Source: Auanema rhodensis (taxonomy: Eukaryota; Animalia; Nematoda). Taken from it: a DNA stretch of 64,000 nucleotides. The notes under the pieces are model-generated. The model saw only the letters and a list, made by a program, of their open reading frames with translations, searched no databases and had not been told where the DNA came from. The position numbers and the translations under genes are program-made. Location: assembly GCA_964057225.1 (NCBI GenBank), contig OZ059899.1, positions 20,894,001 to 20,958,000 on the forward strand, written 5' to 3'. Shown here piece after piece: positions 37,769-50,404 of the stretch (position 1 is its first letter; each line of letters begins with the position of its first letter).

Positions 37769-40700
37769 CCTCGATTTTCACCCTGAAGAATTAATTTTTT
37801 CGTTGAATAACATTGTCCATCGTCTTTGCCTTGAAAAAAGAAATCTAAAAACATCTACTTTTTGCTAAATTATTTTGAAATTTTTCGAAAAAATTTTTGT
37901 CAAAATGTTTTTGGAAGCAATGTTGAGTGTACATGGAAACTCAACATACACTAATGCATCATTTTTCAAACGATCATAACTAATTTTTGTATTAACCGTT
38001 TCTCAATGTAGTATAGTGCATTCGATGCGGATTTTTAAGCTGCGTCGATCTGTGTTATCAGATTTGCGCTAGCTTAAAAATGCACCGAGATATCAACTGA
38101 TATAAGTTCACACTTATATCCTCGATTTTCACCCTGAAGAATTAATTTTTTCGTTGAATAACATTGTCCATCGTCTTTGCCTTGAAAAAAGAAATCTAAA
38201 AACATCTACTTTTTGCTAAATTATTTTGAAATTTTTCGAAAAAATTTTTGTCAAAATGTTTTTGGAAGCAATGTTGAGTGTACATGGAAACTCAACATAC
38301 ACTAATGCATCATTTTTCAAACGATCATAACTAATTTTTGTATTAAGCGTTTCTCAATGTAGTATAGTGCATTCGATGCGGATTTTTAAGCTGCGTCGAT
38401 CTGTGTTATCAGATTTGCGCTAGCTTAAAAATGCACCTAGATATCAACTGATATAAGTTCACACTTATATCCTCGATTTTCACCCTGAAGAATTAATTTT
38501 TTCGTTGATTAACATTGTCCATCGTCTTTGCCTTGAAAAAAGGAATCTAAAAACATCTACTTTTTGCTAAATTATGTTGAAATTTTTCGAAAAAATTTTT
38601 GTCAAAATGTTTTTGGAAGCAATGTTGAGTGTACATGGAAACTCAACATACACTAATGCATCATTTTTCAAACGATCATAACTATTTTTTGTATTAAGCG
38701 TTTCTTAATGTAGTATAGTGCATTCGATGCGGATTTTTAAGCTGCGTCGATCTGTGTTATCAGATTTGCGCTAGCTTAAAAATGCACCTAGATATCAACT
38801 GATATAAGTTCACACTTATATCCTCGATTTTCACCCTGAAGAATTAATTTTTTCGTTGATTAACATTGTCCATCGTCTTTGCCTTGAAAAAAGGTATCTA
38901 AAAACATCTACTTTTTGCTAAATTATGTTGAAATTTTTCGAAAAAATTTTTGTCAAAATGTTTTTGGAAGCAATGTTGAGTGTACATGGAAACTCAACAT
39001 ACACTAATGCATCATTTTTCAAACGATCATAACTAATTTTTGTATTAAGCGTTTCTCAATGTAGTATAGTGCATTCGATGCGGATTTTTAAGCTGCGTCG
39101 ATCTGTGTTATCAGATTTGCGCTAGCTTAAAAATGCACCGAGATATCAACTGATATAAGTTCACACTTATATCCTCGATTTTCACCCTGAAGAATTAATT
39201 TTTTCGTTGAATAACATTGTCCATCGTCTTTGCCTCGAAAAAAGAAATCTAAAAACATCTACTTTTTGCTAAATTATTTTGAAATTTTTCGAAAAAATTT
39301 TTGTCAAAATGTTTTTGGAAGCAATGTTGAGTGTACATGGAAACTCAACATACACTAATGCATCATTTTTCAAACGATCATAACTAATTTTTGTATTAAG
39401 CGTTTCTCAATGTAGTATAGTGCATTCGATGCGGATTTTTAAGCTGCGTCGATCTGTGTTATCAGATTTGCGCTAGCTTAAAAATGCACCTAGATATCAA
39501 CTGATATAAGTTCACACTTATATCCTCGATTTTCACCCTGAAGAATTAATTTTTTCGTTGAATAACATTGTCCATCGTCTTTGCCTTGAAAAAAGAAATC
39601 TAAAAACATCTACTTTTTGCTAAATTATTTTGAAATTTTTCGAAAAAATTTTTGTCAAAATGTTTTTGGAAGCAATGTTGAGTGTACATGGAAACTCAAC
39701 ATACACTAATGCATCATTTTTCAAACGATCATAACTAATTTTTGTATTAACCGTTTCTCAATGTAGTATAGTGCATTCGATGCGGATTTTTAAGCTGCGT
39801 CGATCTGTGTTATCAGATTTGCGCTAGCTTAAAAATGCACCGAGATATCAACTGATATAAGTTCACACTTATATCCTCGATTTTCACCCTGAAGAATTAA
39901 TTTTTTCGTTGAATAACATTGTCCATCGTCTTTGCCTTGAAAAAAGAAATCTAAAAACATCTACTTTTTGCTAAATTATTTTGAAATTTTTCGAAAAAAT
40001 TTTTGTCAAAATGTTTTTGGAAGCAATGTTGAGTGTACATGGAAACTCAACATACACTAATGCATCATTTTTCAAACGATCATAACTAATTTTTGTATTA
40101 ACCGTTTCTCAATGTAGTATAGTGCATTCGATGCGGATTTTTAAGCTGCGTCGATCTGTGTTATCAGATTTGCGCTAGCTTAAAAATGCACCGAGATATC
40201 AACTGATATAAGTTCACACTTATATCCTCGATTTTCACCCTGAAGAATTAATTTTTTCGTTGAATAACATTGTCCATCGTCTTTGCCTTGAAAAAAGAAA
40301 TTTAAAAACATCTACTTTTTGCTAAATTATTTTGAAATTTTTCGAAAAAATTTTTGTCAAAATGTTTTTGGAAGCAATGTTGAGTGTACATGGAAACTCA
40401 ACATACACTAATGCATCATTTTTCAAACGATCATAACTAATTTTTGTATTAACCGTTTCTCAATGTAGTATAGTGCATTCGATGCGGATTTTTAAGCTGC
40501 GTCGATCTGTGTTATCAGATTTGCGCTAGCTTAAAAATGCACCGAGATATCAACTGATATAAGTTCACACTTATATCCTCGATTTTCACCCTGAAGAATT
40601 AATTTTTTCGTTGAATAACATTGTCCATCGTCTTTGCCTTGAAAAAAGAAATCTAAAAACATCTACTTTTTGCTAAATTATTTTGAAATTTTTCGAAAAA

Positions 40701-43700
40701 ATTTTTGTCAAAATGTTTTTGGAAGCAATGTTGAGTGTACATGGAAACTCAACATACACTAATGCATCATTTTTCAAACGATCATAACTAATTTTTGTAT
40801 TAACCGTTTCTCAATGTAGTATAGTGCATTCGATGCGGATTTTTAAGCTGCGTCGATCTGTGTTATCAGATTTGCGCTAGCTTAAAAATGCACCGAGATA
40901 TCAACTGATATAAGTTCACACTTATATCCTCGATTTTCACCCTGAAGAATTAATTTTTTCGTTGAATAACATTGTCCATCGTCTTTGCCTTGAAAAAAGA
41001 AATCTAAAAACATCTACTTTTTGCTAAATTATTTTGAAATTTTTCGAAAAAATTTTTGTCAAAATGTTTTTGGAAGCAATGTTGAGTGTACATGGAAACT
41101 CAACATACACTAATGCATCATTTTTCAAACGATCATAACTAATTTTTGTATTAAGCGTTTCTCAATGTAGTATAGTGCATTCGATGCGGATTTTTAAGCT
41201 GCGTCGATCTGTGTTATCAGATTTGCGCTAGCTTAATAATGCACCTAGATATCAACTGATATAAGTTCACACTTATATCCTCGATTTTCACCCTGAAGAA
41301 TTAATTTTTTCGTTGATTAACATTGTCCATCGTCTTTGCCTTGAAAAAAGGAATCTAAAAACATCTACTTTTTGCTAAATTATGTTGAAATTTTTCGAAA
41401 AAATTTTTGTCAAAATGTTTTTGGAAGCAATGTTGAGTGTACATGGAAACTCAACATACACTAATGCATCATTTTTCAAACGATCATAACTATTTTTTGT
41501 ATTAAGCGTTTCTCAATGTAGTATAGTGCATTCGATGCGGATTTTTAAGCTGCGTCGATCTGTGTTATCAGATTTGCGCTAGCTTAAAAATGCACCTAGA
41601 TATCAACTGATATAAGTTCACACTTATATCCTCGATTTTCACCCTGAAGAATTAATTTTTTCGTTGATTAACATTGTCCATCGTCTTTGCCTTGAAAAAA
41701 GGTATCTAAAAACATCTACTTTTTGCTAAATTATGTTGAAATTTTTCGAAAAAATTTTTGTCAAAATGTTTTTGGAAGCAATGTTGAGTGTACATGGAAA
41801 CTCAACATACACTAATGCATCATTTTTCAAACGATCATAACTAATTTTTGTATTAAGCGTTTCTCAATGTGGTATAGTGCATTCGATGCGGATTTTTAAG
41901 CTGCGTCGATCTGTGTTATCAGATTTGCGCTAGCTTAAAAATGCACCTAGATATCAACTGATATAAGTTCACACTTATATCCTCGATTTTCACCCTGAAG
42001 AATTAATTTTTTCGTTGAATAACATTGTCCATCGTCTTTGCCTTGAAAAAAGAAATCTAAAAACATCTACTTTTTGCTAAATTATTTTGAAATTTTTCGA
42101 AAAAATTTTTGTCAAAATGTTTTTGGAAGCAATGTTGAGTGTACATGGAAACTCAACATACACTAATGCATCATTTTTCAAACGATCATAACTAATTTTT
42201 GTATTAACCGTTTCTCAATGTAGTATAGTGCATTCGATGCGGATTTTTAAGCTGCGTCGATCTGTGTTATCAGATTTGCGCTAGCTTAAAAATGCACCGA
42301 GATATCAACTGATATAAGTTCACACTTATATCCTCGATTTTCACCCTGAAGAATTAATTTTTTCGTTGAATAACATTGTCCATCGTCTTTGCCTTGAAAA
42401 AAGAAATCTAAAAACATCTACTTTTTGCTAAATTATTTTGAAATTTTTCGAAAAAATTTTTGTCAAAATGTTTTTGGAAGCAATGTTGAGTGTACATGGA
42501 AACTCAACATACACTAATGCATCATTTTTCAAACGATCATAACTAATTTTTGTATTAAGCGTTTCTCAATGTAGTATAGTGCATTCGATGCGGATTTTTA
42601 AGCTGCGTCGATCTGTGTTATCAGATTTGCGCTAGCTTAAAAATGCACCTAGATATCAACTGATATAAGTTCACACTTATATCCTCGATTTTCACCCTGA
42701 AGAATTAATTTTTTCGTTGATTAACATTGTCCATCGTCTTTGCCTTGAAAAAAGGTATCTAAAAACATCTACTTTTTGCTAAATTATGTTGAAATTTTTC
42801 GAAAAAATTTTTGTCAAAATGTTTTTGGAAGCAATGTTGAGTGTACATGGAAACTCAACATACACTAATGCATCATTTTTCAAACGATCATAACTAATTT
42901 TTGTATTAAGCGTTTCTCAATGTAGTATAGTGCATTCGATGCGGATTTTTAAGCTGCGTCGATCTGTGTTATCAGATTTGCGCTAGCTTAAAAATGCACC
43001 GAGATATCAACTGATATAAGTTCACACTTATATCCTCGATTTTCACCCTGAAGAATTAATTTTTTCGTTGAATAACATTGTCCATCGTCTTTGCCTTGAA
43101 AAAAGAAATCTAAAAACATCTACTTTTTGCTAAATTATTTTGAAATTTTTCGAAAAAATTTTTGTCAAAATGTTTTTGGAAGCAATGTTGAGTGTACATG
43201 GAAACTCAACATACACTAATGCATCATTTTTCAAACGATCATAACTAATTTTTGTATTAAGCGTTTCTCAATGTAGTATAGTGCATTCGATGCGGATTTT
43301 TAAGCTGCGTCGATCTGTGTTATCAGATTTGCGCTAGCTTAAAAATGCACCTAGATATCAACTGATATAAGTTCACACTTATATCCTCGATTTTCACCCT
43401 GAAGAATTAATTTTTTCGTTGAATAACATTGTCCATCGTCTTTGCCTTGAAAAAAGAAATCTAAAAACATCTACTTTTTGCTAAATTATTTTGAAATTTT
43501 TCGAAAAAATTTTTGTCAAAATGTTTTTGGAAGCAATGTTGAGTGTACATGGAAACTCAACATACACTAATGCATCATTTTTCAAACGATCATAACTAAT
43601 TTTTGTATTAACCGTTTCTCAATGTAGTATAGTGCATTCGATGCGGATTTTTAAGCTGCGTCGATCTGTGTTATCAGATTTGCGCTAGCTTAAAAATGCA

Positions 43701-46700
43701 CCGAGATATCAACTGATATAAGTTCACACTTATATCCTCGATTTTCACCCTGAAGAATTAATTTTTTCGTTGAATAACATTGTCCATCGTCTTTGCCTTG
43801 AAAAAAGAAATCTAAAAACATCTACTTTTTGCTAAATTATTTTGAAATTTTTCGAAAAAATTTTTGTCAAAATGTTTTTGGAAGCAATGTTGAGTGTACA
43901 TGGAAACTCAACATACACTAATGCATCATTTTTCAAACGATCATAACTAATTTTTGTATTAACCGTTTCTCAATGTAGTATAGTGCATTCGATGCGGATT
44001 TTTAAGCTGCGTCGATCTGTGTTATCAGATTTGCGCTAGCTTAAAAATGCACCGAGATATCAACTGATATAAGTTCACACTTATATCCTCGATTTTCACC
44101 CTGAAGAATTAATTTTTTCGTTGAATAACATTGTCCATCGTCTTTGCCTTGAAAAAAGAAATCTAAAAACATCTACTTTTTGCTAAATTATTTTGAAATT
44201 TTTCGAAAAAATTTTTGTCAAAATGTTTTTGGAAGCAATGTTGAGTGTACATGGAAACTCAACATACACTAATGCATCATTTTTCAAACGATCATAACTA
44301 ATTTTTGTATTAACCGTTTCTCAATGTAGTATAGTGCATTCGATGCGGATTTTTAAGCTGCGTCGATCTGTGTTATCAGATTTGCGCTAGCTTAAAAATG
44401 CACCTAGATATCAACTGATATAAGTTCACACTTATATCCTCGATTTTCACCCTGAAGAATTAATTTTTTCGTTGAATAACATTGTCCATCGTCTTTGCCT
44501 TGAAAAAAGAAATCTAAAAACATCTACTTTTTGCTAAATTATTTTGAAATTTTTCGAAAAAATTTTTGTCAAAATGTTTTTGGAAGCAATGTTGAGTGTA
44601 CATGGAAACTCAACATACACTAATGCATCATTTTTCAAACGATCATAACTAATTTTTGTATTAACCGTTTCTCAATGTAGTATAGTGCATTCGATGCGGA
44701 TTTTTAAGCTGCGTCGATCTGTGTTATCAGATTTGCGCTAGCTTAAAAATGCACCGAGATATCAACTGATATAAGTTCACACTTATATCCTCGATTTTCA
44801 CCCTGAAGAATTAATTTTTTCGTTGAATAACATTGTCCATCGTCTTTGCCTTGAAAAAAGAAATCTAAAAACATCTACTTTTTGCTAAATTATTTTGAAA
44901 TTTTTCGAAAAAATTTTTGTCAAAATGTTTTTGGAAGCAATGTTGAGTGTACATGGAAACTAAACATACACTAATGCATCATTTTTCAAACGATCATAAC
45001 TAATTTTTGTATTAAGCGTTTCTCAATGTAGTATAGTGCATTCGATGCGGATTTTTAAGCTGCGTCGATCTGTGTTATCAGATTTGCGCTAGCTTAAAAA
45101 TGCACCTAGATATCAACTGATATAAGTTCACACTTATATCCTCGATTTTCACCCTGAAGAATTAATTTTTTCGTTGATTAACATCGTCCATCGTCTTTGC
45201 CTTGAAAAAAGGAATCTAAAAACATCTACTTTTTGCTAAATTATGTTGAAATTTTTCGAAAAAAGTTTTGTCAAAATGTTTTTGGAAGCAATGTTGAGTG
45301 TACATGGAAACTCAACATACACTAATGCATCATTTTTCAAACGATCATAACTAATTTTTGTATTAACCGTTTCTCAATGTAGTATAGTGCATTCGATGCG
45401 GATTTTTAAGCTGCGTCGATCTGTGTTATCAGATTTGCGCTAGCTTAAAAATGCACCGAGATATCAACTGATATAAGTTCACACTTATATCCTCGATTTT
45501 CACCCTGAAGAATTAATTTTTTCGTTGAATAACATTGTCCATCGTCTTTGCCTTGAAAAAAGAAATCTAAAAACATCTACTTTTTGCTAAATTATTTTGA
45601 AATTTTTCGAAAAAATTTTTGTCAAAATGTTTTTGGAAGCAATGTTGAGTGTACATGGAAACTCAACATACACTAATGCATCATTTTTCAAACGATCATA
45701 ACTAATTTTTGTATTAACCGTTTCTCAATGTAGTATAGTGCATTCGATGCGGATTTTTAAGCTGCGTCGATCTGTGTTATCAGATTTGCGCTAGCTTAAA
45801 AATGCACCTAGATATCAACTGATATAAGTTCACACTTATATCCTCGATTTTCACCCTGAAGAATTAATTTTTTCGTTGAATAACATTGTCCATCGTCTTT
45901 GCCTTGAAAAAAGGAATCTAAAAACATCTACTTTTTGCTAAATTATTTTGAAATTTTTCGAAAAAATTTTTGTCAAAATGTTTTTGGAAGCAATGTTGAG
46001 TGTACATGGAAACTCAACATACACTAATGCATCATTTTTCAAACGATCATAACTAATTTTTGTATTAAGCGTTTCTCAATGTAGTATAGTGCATTCGATG
46101 CGGATTTTTAAGCTGCGTCGATCTGTGTTATCAGATTTGCGCTAGCTTAAAAATGCACCGAGATATCAACTGATATAAGTTCACACTTATATCCTCGATT
46201 TTCACCCTGAAGAATTAATTTTTTCGTTGAATAACATTGTCCATCGTCTTTGCCTTGAAAAAAGAAATCTAAAAACATCTACTTTTTGCTAAATTATTTT
46301 GAAATTTTTCGAAAAAATTTTTGTCAAAATGTTTTTGGAAGCAATGTTGAGTGTACATGGAAACTCAACATACACTAATGCATCATTTTTCAAACGATCA
46401 TAACTAATTTTTGTATTAAGCGTTTCTCAATGTAGTATAGTGCATTCGATGCGGATTTTTAAGCTGCGTCGATCTGTGTTATCAGATTTGCGCTAGCTTA
46501 AAAATGCACCTAGATATCAACTGATATAAGTTCACACTTATATCCTCGATTTTCACCCTGAAGAATTAATTTTTTCGTTGAATAACATTGTCCATCGTCT
46601 TTGCCTTGAAAAAAGAAATCTAAAAACATCTACTTTTTGCTAAATTATTTTGAAATTTTTCGAAAAAATTTTTGTCAAAATGTTTTTGGAAGCAATGTTG

Positions 46701-49700
46701 AGTGTACATGGAAACTCAACATACACTAATGCATCATTTTTCAAACGATCATAACTAATTTTTGTATTAACCGTTTCTCAATGTAGTATAGTGCATTCGA
46801 TGCGGATTTTTAAGCTGCGTCGATCTGTGTTATCAGATTTGCGCTAGCTTAAAAATGCACCGAGATATCAACTGATATAAGTTCACACTTATATCCTCGA
46901 TTTTCACCCTGAAGAATTAATTTTTTCGTTGAATAACATTGTCCATCGTCTTTGCCTTGAAAAAAGAAATCTAAAAACATCTACTTTTTGCTAAATTATT
47001 TTGAAATTTTTCGAAAAAATTTTTGTCAAAATGTTTTTGGAAGCAATGTTGAGTGTACATGGAAACTAAACATACACTAATGCATCATTTTTCAAACGAT
47101 CATAACTAATTTTTGTATTAACCGTTTCTCAATGTAGTATAGTGCATTCGATGCGGATTTTCAAGCTGCGTCGATCTGTGTTATCAGATTTGCGCTAGCT
47201 TAAAAATGCACCTAGATATCAACTGATATAAGTTCACACTTATATCCTCGATTTTCACCCTGAAGAATTAATTTTTTCGTTGATTAACATCGTCCATCGT
47301 CTTTGCCTTGAAAAAAGGAATCTAAAAACATCTACTTTTTGCTAAATTATTTTGAAATTTTTCGAAAAAATTTTTGTCAAAATGTTTTTGGAAGCAATGT
47401 TGAGTGTACATGGAAACTCAACATACACTAATGCATCATTTTTCAAACGATCATAACTAATTTTTGTATTAACCGTTTCTCAATGTAGTATAGTGCATTC
47501 GATGCGGATTTTTAAGCTGCGTCGATCTGTGTTATCAGATTTGCGCTAGCTTAAAAATGCACCGAGATATCAACTGATATAAGTTCACACTTATATCCTC
47601 GATTTTCACCCTGAAGAATTAATTTTTTCGTTGATTAACATCGTCCATCGTCTTTGCCTTGAAAAAAGGAATCTAAAAACATCTACTTTTTGCTAAATTA
47701 TTTTGAAATTTTTCGAAAAAATTTTTGTCAAAATGTTTTTGGAAGCAATGTTGAGTGTACATGGAAACTCAACATACACTAATGCATCATTTTTCAAACG
47801 ATCATAACTAATTTTTGTATTAACCGTTTCTCAATGTAGTATAGTGCATTCGATGCGGATTTTTAAGCTGCGTCGATCTGTGTTATCAGATTTGCGCTAG
47901 CTTAAAAATGCACCGAGATATCAACTGATATAAGTTCACACTTATATCCTCGATTTTCACCCTGAAGAATTAATTTTTTCGTTGAATAACATTGTCCATC
48001 GTCTTTGCCTTGAAGAAAGAAATCTAAAAACATCTACTTTTTGCTAAATTATTTTGAAATTTTTCGAAAAAATTTTTGTCAAAATGTTTTTGGAAGCAAT
48101 GTTGAGTGTACATGGAAACTAAACATACACTAATGCATCATTTTTCAAACGATCATAACTAATTTTTGTATTAAGCGTTTCTCAATGTAATATAGTGCAT
48201 TCGATGCGGATTTTTAAGTTGCGTCGATCTGTGTTATCAGATTTGCGCTAGCTTAAAAATGCACCGAGATATCAACTGATATAAGTTCACACTTATATCC
48301 TCGATTTTCACCCTGAAGAGTTAATTTTTTCGTTGATTAACATTGTCCATCGTCTTTGCCTTGAAAAAAGGAATCTAAAAACATCTACTTTTTGCTAAAT
48401 TATGTTGAAATTTTTCGAAAAAATTTTTGTCAAAATGTTTTTGGAAGCAATGTTGAGTGTACATGGAAACTCAACATACACTAATGCATCATTTTTCAAA
48501 CGATCATAACTAATTTTTGTATTAAGCGTTTCTCAATGTAGTATAGTGCATTCGATGCGGATTTTTAAGCTGCGTCGATCTGTGTTATCAGATTTGCGCT
48601 AGCTTAAAAATGCACCTAGATATCAACTGATATAAGTTCACACTTATATCCTCGATTTTCACCCTGAAGAATTAATTTTTTCGTTGAATAACATTGTCCA
48701 TCGTCTTTCCCTTGAAAAAAGAAATCTAAAAACATCTACTTTTTGCTAAATTATTTTGAAATTTTTCGAAAAAATTTTTGTCAAAATGTTTTTGGAAGCA
48801 ATGTTGAGTGTACATGGAAACTCAACATACACTAATGCATCATTTTTCAAATGATCATAACTAATTATTGTATCAAGCGTTTCTCAATGTAATATAGTGC
48901 ATTCGATGCGGATTTTTAAGTTGCGTCGATCTGTGTTATCAGATTTGCGCTAGCTTAAAAATGCACCTAGATATCAACTGATATAAGTTCACACTTATAT
49001 CCTCGATTTTCACCCTGAAGAATTAATTTTTTCGTTGAATAACATTGTCCATCGTCTTTGCCTTGAAAAAAGAAATCTAAAAACATCTACTTTTTGCTAA
49101 ATTATTTTGAAATTTTTCGAAAAAATTTTTGTCAAAATGTTTTTGGAAGCAATGTTGAGTGTACATGGAAACTCAACATACACTAATGCATCATTTTTCA
49201 AACGATCATAACTAATTTTTGTATTAAGCGTTTCTCAATGTAGTATAGTGCATTCGATGCGGATTTTTAAGCTGCGTCGATCTGTGTTATCAGATTTGCG
49301 CTAGCTTAAAAATGCACCGAGATATCAACTGATAAAAGTTCACACTTATATCCTCGATTTTCACCCTGAAGAATTAATTTTTTCGTTGAATAACATTGTC
49401 CATCGTCTTTGCCTTGAAAAAAGAAATCTAAAAACATCTACTTTTTGCTAAATTATTTTGAAATTTTTCGAAAAAATTTTTGTCAAAATGTTTTTGGAAG
49501 CAATGTTGAGTGTACATGGAAACTCAACATACACTAATGCATCATTTTTCAAATGATCATAACTAATTATTGTATCAAGCGTTTCTCAATGTAATATAGT
49601 GCATTCGATGCGGATTTTTAAGATGCGTCGATCTGTGTTATCAGATTTGCGCTAGCTTAAAAATGCACCTAGATATCAACTGATATAAGTTCACACTTAT

Positions 49701-50404
49701 ATCCTCGATTTTCACCCTGAAGAGTTAATTTTTTCGTTGATTAACATTGTCCATCGTCTTTGCCTTGAAAAAAGGAATCTAAAAACATCTACTTTTTGCT
49801 AAATTATGTTGAAATTTTTCGAAAAAATTTTTGTCAAAATGTTTTTGGAAGCAATGTTGAGTGTACATGGAAACTCAACATACACTAATGCATCATTTTT
49901 CAAACGATCATAACTAATTATTGTATCAAGCGTTTCTCAATGTAATATAGTGCATTCGATGCGGATTTTTAAGTTGCGTCGATCTGTGTTATCAGATTTG
50001 CGCTAGCTTAAAAATGCACCTAGATATCAACTGATATAAGTTCACACTTATATCCTCGATTTTCACCCTGAAGAGTTAATTTTTTCGTTGATTAACATTG
50101 TCCATCGTCTTTGCCTTGAAAAAAGGAATCTAAAAACATCTACTTTTTGCTGAATTATGTTGAAATTTTTCGAAAAAATTTTTGTCAAAATGTTTTTGGA
50201 AGCAATGTTGAGTGTACATGGAAACTCAACATACACTAATGCATCATTTTTCAAACGATCATAACTAATTTTTGTATTAAGCGTTTCTCATTGTAGTATA
50301 GTGCATTCGATGCGGATTTTTAAGCTGCGTCGATCTGTGTTATCAGATTTGCGCTAGCTTAAAAATGCACCGAGATATCAACTGATAAAAGTTCACACTT
50401 ATAT

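Noticed and set aside
50063-50254. 63-aa minus-strand ORF from the ORF track
   Set aside because: It lies wholly within one monomer and exists only because a private A>G at 50152 changes the minus-strand TAG found in the other full-length copies to CAG. It has no recognisable domain and its composition simply reflects the A/T tracts.
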